Source: Octopus vulgaris (lineage: Eukaryota). Taken from it: a stretch of 64,000 nucleotides of DNA. The notes below the pieces were generated by a model. The model saw nothing but the letters and a program-made list of their open reading frames with translations, made no database searches and was not told where the DNA came from. A program made the translations under genes and the position numbers. Positions 1 to 13,231 of this stretch are shown in pieces; within the stretch, counting starts at the first letter, position 1; each line of letters opens with the position of its first letter. The stretch lies in assembly GCA_951406725.2 (NCBI GenBank), contig OX597831.1, forward strand, positions 69,006,001-69,070,000, read 5' to 3'.

Positions 1-625
1 ATTCATATATATATACGTTATAATTTCATTTTTAGTTTATACAACAGCATTTTATCTTTTCCTGAAAACTATTACTACCAGCACAGTGGATAAAATTTTC
101 TTGTTTATGTTGGTTGGTTTTGCTACTAATCTTATCAAAATGCTTGAAATAAATGCCGATATATGCTATCTCACTAAACATCAACACAAGAGTATCTTTG
201 ATCTTGCATTTATATTAATGTTATACACAGAAATCAGAAATAGACTTGTTCTGAAAATCTGCTTTATATGCATCAAATTAATATTTTCTTTGGTCTATCA
301 TATCAGATTCCTCACATTCTTTTTGAACTACTGGGTAAGTAAGATGCTCTTTGGGCAGCAGGTTTTGTAGATTCTTTTATTCTTCATATGCTGTAATAAA
401 TTTTCCCTGATACATTCACTAGTATTAGTGTCTTGAACATGAATAGAATGTACATAGCTTAAATGATTAGTATTTTATTTGTCATTGACAGAATAATAAC
501 TGGGTTTTTACACATGAAATTACAATAGTTTGTCAAATGTATCAGCTACTTTTATGAGTTTTTACGATCACCAATTTCACTTTGCTACGGCCATCTCCAA
601 AATCATTAATCATATGATAGTAAAA

Positions 626-663
626 TCAATAAATCATACTCTGCGGCCCTTCATATTCCACAT
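626..663 (-). other. possible spliced exon start (reads DVEYEGPQSMIY-stop if phase 1; may be non-coding)
   Basis: Minus-strand acceptor ttattctttcattccAG at 664-665, then AT GTG GAA TAT GAA GGG CCG CAG AGT ATG ATT TAT TGA; no homology recognised. Confidence 0.2.
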
Positions 664-1815
664 CTGGAATGAAAGAATAAATTGAAAGTACAGAATTTCA
701 ATTGGTACTTCTTCCTTTTCCTCAAATTTTAACACATTCACTCAACTTTTAGGAAATTTTATCCACTCTCTAGTATTGATATTGAATGATTATCCAAAGC
801 ATAATTTGAGGCATATTATTTAGTCATGTCTGTATTTAAGATTACTATAATACAGCTAAACAGGTTTTGAATGAAATCACTTTCCTCTTTTTCTAGCTTG
901 ACTGGTAACATCATATACTCTCACTGTAAACTACAAACTTAGAGTTAGTTAAATTCTTACACCTCCCTACATCTCTTATATTTCGGCACATGTAGACACA
1001 AACTGTATAGAAAACATACAGCTCACTTGCATTGATAAAAACCCTTCCACCTAATTTTTAAGAACCTTGTCTGTAAAACTGTTAAAAAGATTTCCAGCTT
1101 CTCAGACAAAGGAAAAGTGCTATAGAACTGCAAAGCACACCAACATGGCTTCAGACAACTAGATTTAGAGAAACAAATTAATAAAACTTAAACCCTACAG
1201 GAAAAATAAAGCAAAATGGAAAACAGACACACATATTGCCATCAGGCAAAATCTGGTGTATGTCTCCAAATCCAATATTTCCAAAGCTTCATAAATCTGA
1301 TTTTGGAAATATTTATCCATAGACTACAAAAGTTCCATTTCATTCAAACAACACTAATTAAATTGGAGTCACAATTACATAAAAAATAAATAGAATGTCA
1401 TCACAGTTATATGACACCCAGAGTAATAGGTGACAACTGATTCTATGAAGTCATTTGAATAATTCTTTCAAAGTAGCATGTATGAATTAGTGTGTGTTTG
1501 TGTGTGTGTGTGGGTGTGTGTATCAGACACCCAGACTGTGGCACTCAGACTGTTTGGGCTTAGCCCCAGGATAAATTTACTAAAGTGAACGTATATTTGC
1601 AAACTGCTTTAATTTCTGCCAATTCTTCAAGTATGAAATTTCAGCCAATAACTCAGGCTCTTTTTATTGATCCTGGTCACAGTTAATATAGTTTCATTAA
1701 GCATAGGGTGGTTGTCTTAGAGGTGCCCAGTGTCAAAAAATAACATTTGTAGCAGATGTCCTCTTGACATCATTCACACGCACCTAACTCAGGCTCAAAA
1801 GTTACAACCCGAGTT

Positions 1816-2170
1816 CATCATCATCATCATCGTTTAACGTCCGTTCTCCATGCTAGCATGGGTTAGATGGTTCGACCGGGGATCTGGGAAGCCAGAAGGC
1901 TGCACCAGGCTCCAGTCTTATCTGGCAATGTTTCTACAGCTGGATGCCCTTCCTAACGCCAACCACTCCGTGAGTGTAGTGGGTGCTTTTTACGTGCCAC
2001 CTGCACAGGTGCCAGGCGAGGCTGGCAACGGTCACGGTCGGATTGGTGTATTTTATGTGCCACCGGCACGGAAGCCAGTCGAGGCGGCGCTGGCATTGGC
2101 CACGAGTCGGATAGTGCTTTTTACGTACCACCAGACCAGGGATCCTGGCTTGTTCAATTCGATTTCGATT
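1816..2170 (-). mobile_element. 5'-truncated RTE LINE 3' end, (GAT)n tail
   Basis: (CAT)n then cgtttaacgtccg...ggatgcccttcctaacgccaaccactcc; same sequence as the 3' UTR of the RTE at 40675-42495. Confidence 0.85.
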
Positions 2171-2639
2171 TCGAATCTACAATTGTAAGAATTAAAAGTA
2201 ATTAAAATTCAATGTTTCCTTGAAACAATAAATTTGTATAGAGATTAGGATTTAAATTCCAATCTATGAAAAGTTTCCATTCTTCAATATTCTTAAAGGA
2301 ACGAAAAAATCATCCAGCAACTGGGGCTAATATGAATGAACCTGGTAGGTGTAAAAGACTAACTGGCATCTCTTGTCAAGAGAACAGGTGACAGTCAGAT
2401 CACTGATGTTTTTTGTGCACTCTGATGTTGCAATTTGACTGCTGTTATTCTGTGCGTCTGTGTATAAAGATCAGCTGTGTTTTGAAGGGTTGCATTATTT
2501 TTACTCTTAACTGAGAAATAGAGAAAGACATAGTGATAGATATAAAACAAATAAGCCATTTGGGCACTAGCGTGGCTAGAGTGTGTGCTACTCGGGTTGT
2601 TCCTTCTGATTGCTACCCCAGACCCCACAAAAATAGACA

Positions 2640-2733
2640 TATTGCCTACAACAGACCCAAAAGTGCCGCCCCTTTAAAAGTGTAACCTGGAGTGGACCGC
2701 TCCTACCATGCCCACCTCCTAGCTACACTAGTG
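2640..2733 (-). mobile_element. possible DNA-transposon (hAT-like) terminus
   Basis: Minus strand reads cactagtgtagctaggagg...gcggtccactccaggttacac, resembling CAGTGGCGTAGCTAG-type termini; no partner end found. Confidence 0.3.
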
Positions 2734-2876
2734 CATTTGGGGCTAGAAATAAAGTGGAAAACATGAAATTTTTCAAGCAGGCATGTGTTTTATGTGAAAT
2801 CTGGAATGGGCCCAAGTGATGCTGATGACCCGGAGTTGCCTCTGGTGTCTATATAGTGTATATATATATATATATA

Positions 2877-4140
2877 TGAGAAGGTACCCAAAAGAAACTG
2901 GAATTTTGCAATATTATTTTATTCACTTAGTTTTACATGTTTACACTTTTACTGTCTTCAAAGTATTTACCATTTGAAGCAATTATTTGGTCTAGATGTG
3001 TTTTCCATTGTTCAAAGCAGTCCTGAAACGTTTTAACATCTCCATTCTTTTATCTTCACCTCTTCCACATCTGCAAAACATTTTCTTTTAAGAACCTTTC
3101 TCATTTGTGGGAACAAAAAGTCGGAGGGAGCAAGATCAGGTGAATAGGGAGTGGGGGTAGGTAGAGACATGCCATTTTTTGTCAAAAACTGTTTCACACT
3201 CAACGTGGTGTGTGCTGGTGCATTGTGAGGAAGCTACCACTCTCCACTTTGCCACAGGTCAAGGTGATTTTGTCTCACTGCGTCTCGTAAATGCTTCAAA
3301 ACTGCCAAGTAAAATGGTTAACAATTTAACCAGGAGGAACAAATTCTGTGTGGACAATTCCTTTTGCATCGATGAAACAAATCAGTATCATATTGACATT
3401 GGACTTCACTTGGACTTCACTTGAGACGCTTTTGGGGTGGGACATGGTGACATTGAATGCTCCCATTGACTTGATTGCTGCTTCATTCCTGGGTTATAGC
3501 TGTACAACCAGCTTTGAAAAAGGGTCCAGATCAACTTCCAACTGTTCTTTCAGTTCACAACATACATTCAGTCATGACTACTTTTGATCTTCCATGAGTA
3601 AACAAAGCATGAATTTTGCTGCAACTCTTTTCATTCGCAATTCCTTGCTCAAAATTCGTTGGCATGAGCTCCAGGACACACCAGTCATATCAACAAGTTC
3701 ATCAATTGTTTGGCGATGGTTCTCCGAGATCAGTTCATGAATTTTCGTGATGTTTTCATTCGTTCAGGAGGTTGTCAGACGCCCTGAACAAGGTTGGTCT
3801 AAAGCATGAAAAACACTCATAAACTTGTGTTTTGCTCATGGCTGCGTCCTTGTGAACTGTGTGAAGCATGATAACTGTTTCAGCCACTGTTTTCCTCAGC
3901 GGAAAACAGAATTTCACAGAAGCACTCTGTTCTTTCATTTAAGCCATCGCAAAAATCATCGAACAGGGGTGAGGCCCTGCAAAACAAAGATGCACCACAT
4001 GGCAGAACGACCTCACTCGACAGCGCCTGTTAGTAGACTGATTCCTGAAGGTCACATCAATTGGCTTCTAGCAGTGGAAGCCTGAACTATAATGGGCCTG
4101 TCCCACAGAGAACGTTTCCAATTACTTTTGGATACCTCCT

Positions 4141-4142
<2 letters not shown>
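2877..4142 (-). mobile_element. decayed mariner (Tc1/mariner) element
   Basis: TIRs tgagaaggtacccaaaagaaactggaa / ttccaattacttttggatacctccttg; minus-strand peptides KEQSASVKFCF...MSKTQVYECFSCFR and PYSPDLAPSDFLFP (about 3110-3155). Confidence 0.9.
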
Positions 4143-4178
<36 letters not shown>

Positions 4179-4293
4179 AGAGTAAGCATATAAATGGGAA
4201 ACAAGGTGGGAGAAAATAGTACTCGAATATCAGAGGTAGAGTAATATGCTTTATCATTAAAGCTGCAAAAACATCACAAAAATGTCACAAAAT

Positions 4294-4333
4294 ACTGCTA
4301 CTCAGAGTTTTATGTCCCCATTCATTGGGCAGT
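4294..4333 (-). ncRNA. degenerate minimal hammerhead-like motif (Penelope pLTR type)
   Basis: Minus strand ACUGC-CCAAUGA-auggggacau-AAAACUCUGAGUA-GCAGU: perfect stem I, palindromic stem III, GUA triplet; both core boxes mutated. Confidence 0.45.
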
Positions 4334-4609
4334 TGTGATCCAGAATGGAATAAGAATTGAGGTTGTCTGTGTAAGTTATATTTTGATATAACTGACATTG
4401 ACAGATACACTTTTAAATTTGATTGGTTGTTTTGACTAACAGTCTTTCAGAAGTATACAAGTTGAGACAGTAAATATACAAATAGAAAAGAAATTAAAAA
4501 TAAAATGATATAAATATCATGTATAAATTCGAAGAAAATTTTGAGTCAAAAAGGAATTCCAAGTTAAAAAGAAATCATGCATGTCCAGAGTAAATTAATT
4601 AATTGTAAA

Positions 4610-4755
4610 TAAGTAAGTTTGCTGCAACTTTTTTCATTCACAATTTCTTGCACAAAACTCGTTAGCATGAGCTCCAGTCATAGCAACAAATTTGTGAATT
4701 GTTTGGCAAGAGTCCTCTGAGATCAGTTCATGAATTTTCATTATGTTTTCATTTT
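4610..4755 (-). mobile_element. mariner fragment related to 2877-4142
   Basis: Aligns by eye to 3615-3760 (ttgctgcaact...catgagctccag...gagatcagttcatgaattttc). Confidence 0.7.
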
Positions 4756-5183
4756 CCTTCCCCATCACCACCACCACCACCACCACCCAATTTGCTGCCC
4801 TCATGGCAAAATTTGAAATTATTATTATTATTTTTATAGTATTTCATAAAATGTTTTAATAAGGATATTAATATTTTTATATTTGTTAATATTTATTTAC
4901 ACTCTCCCTATTCAATACTTATTGTTGCAGTATGTACATTACTTACCTAACATAGATATTTGGTTAGGCCTACAAAGATTGCTCATATTAATATTACATA
5001 AAATAATGGTTTTAATACTTTAACTTTAATCTTATAATTGAATTTTATTTAGTTTTTTCTTAATCTACACCTCTGAAATTCCATAATTCATTCTTTCTTT
5101 TAACAATTTCTATATTTATATTCAACATGCCAGACACACAGTTGTGTGTATATATGCGTATATATGTATTGATGTATGAATAA

Positions 5184-5405
5184 TCATCATCATCATCATC
5201 ATCGTTTAACGTCCGCTTTCCATGCTAGCATGGGTTGGACGGTTTTGACTGAGGGCTGGCAAACCAGATGGCTTAACCGGCTCCAGTCTTGATCTGGCAG
5301 AGTTTCTACAGCTGGATGCCCTTCCTAATGCCAACCACTCCGAGAGTGTAGTGGGTGCTTTTTACGTGCCACCTGCACGGGGGCCAGTCAGGTGGTACTG
5401 GCATA
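5184..5405 (-). mobile_element. RTE LINE 3' end
   Basis: (CAT)n tail plus the conserved 3' UTR shared with other copies. Confidence 0.85.
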
Positions 5406-5786
5406 ATATACATATATATTTACATTGGTATGTATATGTATGTCTATAAACATGTGTGCATATATGGACATGTGTATATATACTCAATTGCTTTTTTACA
5501 ATTTAACTTTCTCTTTTCCTCCTTTTGTTTTCTTTATTTTCCGTCTCGATACTTTTACAGATGCTACAATGTCAAAATTGAAATGTTTCTATATTTTCTC
5601 TTTTTTATTCCCCCTCTTCCCCCCCACTTATCTGGTTCTTTTTTGTCGTTTTTTACTTTCTTCTTTCTTTAACTAGCGATGGAAAATGGATGCATATATG
5701 AGTATGCATGTGTAAATGTGACTTTGTATTTATGTATACAGATATTTGTAAGTATATTTTTATGTATGTATATATGTATATGTATA

Positions 5787-5830
<44 letters not shown>

Positions 5831-5853
5831 TACATATATCACCGTGATATATG

Positions 5854-6159
5854 TGGAGGTGCAATGGCCCAGTGGTTAGGGCAGCGGACTTGCGGATGGA
5901 GGATCGGAATTTTGATTCCCAGACCATTGTGAGTGTCTATTGAGCGAAAACACCTAAAGCTCAACGAGGCTCTGGCACGGGGTGGCGGCGATCCCTGCTG
6001 TACTCTTTCACCACAACTTTCTCTCCCTTTTTCTTCTGTTGGCCTGCTTGCTTAGCCAGCGGGGTGGCGTCATTTGAAGGCTAAAACAATGTGAGGCGCT
6101 TTGTGACCAGCGATGTGTAACAACATCTGATAGCCTGGTCGGTCACGGTGGTCACGGTG
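5854..6159 (+). mobile_element. tRNA-derived SINE, family C
   Basis: A-box tggcccagtggttag, B-box-like ttttgattccc, (gtcacg)n tail; flanked by duplicated atatatgcatacatatat; second copy at 37875-38173. Confidence 0.85.
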
Positions 6160-6744
6160 ATATATGCATACATATATATGTATGTATAAATGAGTAACAA
6201 AGATGTACAGGTGTCAATTCATTATGGCCATTTCAAGTGGCTTCTTTAATTGATTAATGAAAACATATTTTGCATATTTATAATGTTAAAGCAAAATATA
6301 ATTAAATATAAATATATAGATGAAGGCTAGAAGTACACTTAAAATTGTAAAAGGGGATATTTTGAGATATAAGAGAAATATTAAGGCTTTTTGTAAATGG
6401 AATGTATAGAATATCCTGATAGAAACTTATATGATGAATATATAACGGAATATAATATAAATAGATACTTTTAGTATACGTTAAACTGATATCAAAATCA
6501 TTCTCATTAAATATGGGTGGGTAAAGGTAGGATATAGTAAAACATGAGATCTAATATATAGGGTAAGTAAATTAGAGATATTAAATATATAAAGGGGTAC
6601 ATTCAGATACAAGATTTAAAAAGATTTAGTCCTATAATCACATAATGAATATCATGTATAATAAAAAAAATTATAACAATGTAAGATTACAGTATAGATT
6701 GAATTTCATGAAAAAAAGTATAAATTGTCACAAACTTATAAGCT

Positions 6745-6940
6745 ACAAAAACCATAAAAATATATAAAAAGATATATAAAGGCATGAAATTATAAAAAAT
6801 ATAATATAAGAATTTATAAGATATGATGTGTAATTAAAAAATGTATATTGATATAAACTATAAAAACCATGAAAATATATAAACGGATATATAAAGGCAT
6901 GAAATATAAAAATATAAAATAAAAAATTTATAAAAATTTA
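6745..6940. repeat. AT-rich direct repeat, two units, period about 115 bp
   Basis: aaaaccat(a/g)aaaatatataaa...gatatataaaggcatgaaat...atttataa occurs twice. Confidence 0.7.
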
Positions 6941-7629
6941 TAAAAACACAAAAAATCATTAAAAGCTACAAACAACCTAAAGGCATAAAAAAGATATAAA
7001 GAAAAATATAAGATGAAATAAAAAGATTTTCTTTATAATGGCATTGATATATGGAAAAAGTTATAGCCAGAATGTTCTTTTCAATACAAGATGAAATGAA
7101 ATATAAATGTACCAAGTTTTAACAGAGACAAAATTATCTTTGGAAATGGGTTTATAAGATATATGTAGAGTACATCAAAGAAAATGATAAAAGGTAGAAT
7201 AGTAACAGATCTTAGAGGCTATATTTTATCTTTAGGGGAGATGCAAAATTTAAGAATCCACTAAAAATAATAAATATATTTTATATCAACCATGATAGAA
7301 GAGGCTCACCACTGGGAAAGGGTAAATACATATTGTAATTATTAAAAGTTTATAGGTCAAAGGGACTAAGGGTCACTAGAATGCATTATTGAACGGGTTT
7401 CAACATACAAGGCTCTGAATGATATGGCATCCTGAATAACTTATCTCACCAAAAATACAGTATGGTATAATTATTAATTACCTACTTCTAAAGTATTTAA
7501 AAGTATGTGTAATCTTAAGATCTAATTTATTATTAATTAGGTTGTGTTTATCTCTATATTTGATTATTTTCCATATCCCCATATATTTGTGTATGGTTGA
7601 GCTCCACACACTATATCCCACTTTAGACT

Positions 7630-8470
7630 GAATGCCACCCAAGACACACTAAAACAAACATCCCTTTCAACCTTGCAAGAAGGATATGCACAATAGTGTC
7701 AGAACAAAATGCCAGAAACTTTAGACTACAAGAACTCAAAAACACTCTAATTGACAGACACTACCCAGTTCAACTCATAGAGGATGGAATCAGACGTGCA
7801 ACAGAAATCAACATAGAAACTTTAAGAAAAGTTCAACACATCAACATACCTTCCCCGAAAATACTGCCTTACATATCCACATACAACCCCAGAAACAATG
7901 AAGCTTTCACCATCATCACTCAGAATTTACCAAGGCTTCATAAGGACCCCAAATTAAGGGAAATTCTAAACATACATAAAATCATTAAAAGCTACAAACA
8001 ACCTAAATAACTAAAACAGATCCTCACAAAGGCAAAAATTGTTTTCTGAAATAACGGATGCAAAAGTAAAAAAATGTGGTAGACCAAACTGCGCAACATG
8101 CCCAAACCTTCTAGAAGGATCAGAATTCCTCTTCAAAGAGGGACAAAAATTCAAGATCAAATCTAATTTTACTTGTGCTTCAGAAAACCTAATTTATGTC
8201 ATAAGATGCTCGGGCTGCCACCAAAGCTAATTAGGGTCCACAGGATTATCGCTCAGATGCAGATGCACTCTACATCGACAATAGATTGCATTCCCAGAAT
8301 ACAGAATGATACCCTTTAGTGAACATATTGAGAAATGCGCAAAGCAACTACTACCACAATTTTTAATCTTTCCATTCTATCAATGTGCTATTGGAACACC
8401 AACACAAATTAGATTAAACAAGGAAACATTCTTCATTGAAAAATATAAACCAAAACTTAACCATTTCTAA
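7630..8470 (+). mobile_element. Penelope-like element, RT C-terminus plus GIY-YIG endonuclease (pseudogenised)
   Basis: NIPFNLARRICTIVSE..., KCGRPNCATC zinc knuckle, FTCASENLIYVIRCSGC, end ETFFIEKYKPKLNHF*; stops and frameshifts. Confidence 0.9.
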
Positions 8471-8811
8471 CATTTTTATACAAGGAAACTCATCACATTG
8501 AAAAAAAATATAAAGCGATTATCTACCGGAAGAAATCCTTGCCTGGAACTCTTCACTTCATAGTGAAGACATGACATGATGTAGGTAAAGAAATTTGAGA
8601 AATTTGAAAAGAAAATACGAAATAATTTATTTCTCCAAAAACTATGTCGCTATGCACAAAATTTTCTAACATTTTTCTAATGACTTAAATATATACTTTA
8701 ACCTTATAACACAAGTCTTCTGTAGTTTTTTCACCCTTTTAAAAAGTTTTTATACTTCCAATCACGTGCTTTCACACACCAACTCTCCCACCTATATATA
8801 TATATATATAC

Positions 8812-8892
8812 ATATAAATGTAGAGAGAAATTAGGATTAAAAGAAGGAAAAAGAAGAAAGTATAAGAAGAAAATAAATGTAAGATCCCTGGA

Positions 8893-8927
<35 letters not shown>

Positions 8928-9043
8928 TATATATGTGTATGTGTGTGTGTATATGTGTAAGATCCAGGGATCTTACATTTATTTTCTTTTTATACTTTCT
9001 TCTTTTTCCTTCTTTTAATCCTAATTTCTCTCTACATTTATAT
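8812..9043. repeat. inverted repeat, arms about 90 bp, around a CA/TG microsatellite
   Basis: atataaatgtagagag...gatccctggatcttacac is mirrored by gtgtaagatccagggatc...ctctctacatttatat. Confidence 0.95.
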
Positions 9044-9146
9044 TCTCCACTCTTACTTTACTCTCTACATATTCTGGTTAAATCTTCCATATGTTAGCAT
9101 TTACCTTTCTGTGGTTATATAAACTTTCATTTAATCAATATATCCT

Positions 9147-9233
9147 TGGGCTGAAGAGTAGCCTGCAGTATACACCTCGCCTAGATATTTACTACTTCTG
9201 AGGTTCTGCTCGCTATGAAACATATGCAGCCCA
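9147..9233 (+). ncRNA. degenerate hammerhead-like motif downstream of the Penelope ORF
   Basis: tggg-CTGAAGA-gtagc...gctat-GAAACATATGCA-gccca; stem II and palindromic stem III present, cleavage triplet imperfect. Confidence 0.45.
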
Positions 9234-9261
9234 GATTTTATGTACTCCATTCCATAGCTCT

Positions 9262-9560
<299 letters not shown>

Positions 9561-9799
9561 AGTAAATGAAATAATGCTCTAATTAATTGAAAATCTCTGA
9601 CTTCCAATATCCAAAGATACTCTTTTAAGGGAATTAGTTTAAAAAGAGTCAACAACTAACTCTCCTTGAAATTTTAGAATTCAAAAGACACTCATTTTAT
9701 AAACAATGAAATGATAACTAATTCTTAAGACATCAGTTCCTATGCCATCATTTTCCATTGCATATATACATTTGTATATGTACACACACACATATATAT

Positions 9800-10194
9800 C
9801 TCTTTTACTCTTTTACTTGCTTCAGTCATTTGACTGTGGCCATGCTGGAGCACCGCCTTTAGTCGAGCAAATCAACCCCGGGACTTATTCTTTGTAAGCC
9901 CAGTACTTATTCTATCGGTCTCTTTTGCCAAACCGCTAAGTGACGGGGACGTAAACACACCAGCATCGGTTGTCAGACACACAAACACAGACACACAAAC
10001 ATATACACACATATATATATATACATATATACGACAGGCTTCTTTCAGTTTCTGTCTGCCAAATCCACTCACAAGGCATTGGTCGGCCCGGGGCTATAGC
10101 AGAAGACACTTGCCCAAGGTGCCACGCAGTGGGATTGAACCCGGAACCATGTGGTTGGTTAGCAAGCTACTTACCACACAGCCACTCCTGCGCC
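9800..10194 (-). mobile_element. tRNA-derived SINE, family A
   Basis: Reverse of ggcgcaggagtggctgtgtggtaag...ggttcaatccc...ccttgggcaag...internal (TA/TG)n...(aagagta)n tail. Confidence 0.9.
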
Positions 10195-10399
10195 TATCTA
10201 TATCTGTGTATATTTTACTACATAATGTTCTTGTACCTAGCAAACCAGCGATTATGAGTTGGTGTAAGCATCCATTATAACTTATATATAAATGGTACCA
10301 TTTTTACAACTATCATAACCTTATTACAACTTTGTATTATTTGATTATTTGCCTTCTACTATAGTAAGTAATGCAAGTCAAACTTTCTCCAAAAGAAAG

Positions 10400-12300
10400 A
10401 GGAAGTTGTATGGCTTCAACAAAACAAAAATTAAGATGTCACCTACTGTGAATCTTACTTGAAGAAATGCAAATAAATTGATGCATAAAAGACATAATAT
10501 GAGAATATATCTCAATTCATGATGAAAATAAAGTCAACAGAAAATGAACAACCAAAAGTATTGGCAATTTTACTCATGATAACATTCCCTTTATACTGAT
10601 TATCTTTTAATGGTGTATATGAAAGAAAATTTTTGGACAGTTAGGTTGCTCGAAAATTATCAACGAAAAGTACAAAATTTTTGTATGTCATTCAGGATGA
10701 AATAACCTTTCCCCATAACTGATGAAATTACAATCTTTTAATTCTCCATATTTTCTTGACTGTGGTTGTGAGATACTTTAATCTGAAATGCATGATTTAA
10801 TACGCATTGTTAGATACAGTTGTCAAAAAGTAATGGCTCTTGTTCTTACAATGCTGTTAAGTTTATCTTGCATGCAAAAAATATTCCTCTAGAAAATATT
10901 ATTGGATTGACAAATGATAATTGGTCTTCCATGATAGGTACCAAAAGTGGGCTCCAGAAATTGTAAAGTTGATGTCATTTGTTATTTATATTATGATATT
11001 TGTCTGTCATTCTGTCACTCGTCATGTTGTCACTGTAGTGCTATCATACTTAGAAGCTTTCATAAAAGATTAAACACATAATTTTTTTTACACTGCAGCA
11101 AAAAACATTGAGAGTTCAAACTTATTCAGGAATTTGTTGCAGTAACTTTCTACAAGAGATCCTTTTCTTGAGTTGTTACAGTGATATTGCAATAATTTGA
11201 TGCTTTTATTGAACTGAAGTGAATTGAAAGTTGACAGGCGTAGGAGTGGCTGTGTGGTAAGTAGCTTGCTTATGAACTACATGGTTCCAGGTTCAGTCCC
11301 ACTGCGTGGTACCTTGGGCAAGTGTCTTCTGCTATAGCCCGGGGCCAACCAAAGCCTTGTGAGTGAATTTGGGAGACGGAAACTGAAAGAAGCCTGTCGT
11401 ATATATATATATATATATGTATGTGTGCATATACGTTTGTGTGTCTGTGTTTGTTCCCCCAACATCGCTTGACAACCGATGCTGGTGTGTTTATGTCCCC
11501 GTAACTTAGCAGTTTGGCAAGAGAGACCTATAGAATAAGTACTAGGCTTACAAAGAATAAGTCCTGGGGTCGATTTGCTCAACTAAAGGCAGTGCTCCAG
11601 CATGGCCACAGTCAAATGACTAAAACAAGTAAAAGAGTAAAGAGTAAATGCCATTGGTGTCAGGTGAATTTATAAGATATGGAGCAATTATGGAATCAAG
11701 CACATGTTGCTTTTCCATCAGGGTGTATTACAGGAAGTAAATTTACTGAATGTTGAATTCCACTCAGAGCAGTTTGTAATGATATCATTGAAAAACATAT
11801 TTGCTTGAGTTTCTTTATTTAAGATGAATTACTGAACAATGAAAATAATTACAGAAACATTACTTGGAGGAAAAACAACAGTAGATTTAAATTTTGAAAC
11901 TTTTGATAATGAAATTAGTGTTAGAAGATCAAAACTGGTTCTTTGAAATTCATTGTGGAACTTTGAATTCAAATAAGAAATTTTTTCCTTTGGTTGAACA
12001 GAAAAGACAATAATATCAAATGTACCTTAGAACCCAAGCATATCTTCCACGTCTGTCACTTTTCCAGCTGTTCATTTCCTATCCATTGTGCCAGAAAATA
12101 GTTTTACTTTTAGTGATTCAGGGACACTTTACCTAACTCTAATGATATATATTTCTGAATTCAAGTACAAGAGATGATTTGTTATCCAATTGTATAAGCA
12201 ATTCAGCTGTTTACATTCTTCAGCATTTATTATACCAATATTAATGAACTGTGTCAAAATGAGAAACTCAAATTTCTTAAAAACAAAACCATTAAAGGAA
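10400..12300 (+). mobile_element. decayed hAT transposase, interrupted by a SINE
   Basis: YNAVKFILHAKNIPLENIIGLTNDNWSSMIGTKSGLQ...IFVCHS (about 10845-11015) and LQEVNLLNVEFHSE match hAT catalytic-region motifs; boundaries approximate. Confidence 0.7.
11237..11646 (+). mobile_element. SINE family A, full length
   Basis: tRNA-like head, central microsatellite, aagagtaa tail. Confidence 0.9.
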
Positions 12301-13141
12301 GAAATCTATTACTAGAAATGCAATGGAATGCAATATATGGAAGACTAAACAAGAACAATCAAAGACTTACTATACGCTGCAAGCAAAATAAGCTTGGAAA
12401 GAAAAAGGGAACACTGAGATTAAGGAACCATTTACTGTTTCAAGAGGAATTGAAGAAGATGAATAATTATTGTGTCCTAAATATAAAAATAAGCAGATTA
12501 GCAAATAAATATAAGCAGAATACTAGTATATTTCCTATCAAGCATCAAATTTTCATAATCTGGGTTTGATTTTCTTTTGAGATCTGGCTTTTTATCCAAG
12601 CCTGATCTGAGATTTCCCTGGAAATATTATTTGTTGATCTTGACTATGATGTGGGAAATGGATCCAACTATTATCATTGTACATTATAAAATTTGAATGC
12701 CTCGTTGCTTTCCTTCGGCAAGGAATGACATGGTGGATCTATTTCAACAGTTAAAAACAAAGTCTTTCCTCTGACCAAATCTCAAAAGTATCTTCAAGTA
12801 CCACATGATACAATAGGTAAGAGTAGGATGAGATATTTTGCCTTTTAGGGTATTAGCTGAATGGTCAATTAAATTGGTAAGCATTGATACAACTACACTC
12901 CATTTTCAACAGTTCATTCAAAGTAATGTGAAGAAGCATTTAAACATTTTGTGGAGTTTTTTATCTTACCTATTGGGTTGATCCATTTTGATGATACATT
13001 CACAAACACACACACAGACACACGCGCACGCACACACACAAAATATATATAATTAATAGTTTAAAGAAAACAGAGAGTATACATAGAATAATAGTTCTTC
13101 AATAATAGTGCAGTCAATTAATAAGTTCTTATTTTTTCACC

Positions 13142-13231
13142 TACATTACGTTTCGGCCAATTGTTATTGTCCATATTTGCACACTTAAAGTGCATTATAA
13201 TGTTATAAAACAATGACCTCTTCTAGACATA
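13142..13231 (-). ncRNA. hammerhead-like motif with long stem II (Penelope pLTR type)
   Basis: Minus strand uaugu-CUAGAAGA-ggucauug...caauuggcc-GAAACGUA-augua; stems I and II pair; one extra base in the CUGAnGA box. Confidence 0.55.

Noticed and set aside
1850-2188. Recurrent MLAWV...FLQLDALPNANHS ORFs that look like a gene family
   Set aside because: Antisense readings of the RTE 3' UTR repeat; frames differ among copies
2820-2850. Isolated CTGATGA boxes here and at about 17840, 38378 and 63385
   Set aside because: No matching GAAA box and stems found
5854-5930. tRNA gene
   Set aside because: tRNA-like head of a SINE that continues into a body and tail shared with 37875-38173; no complete cloverleaf
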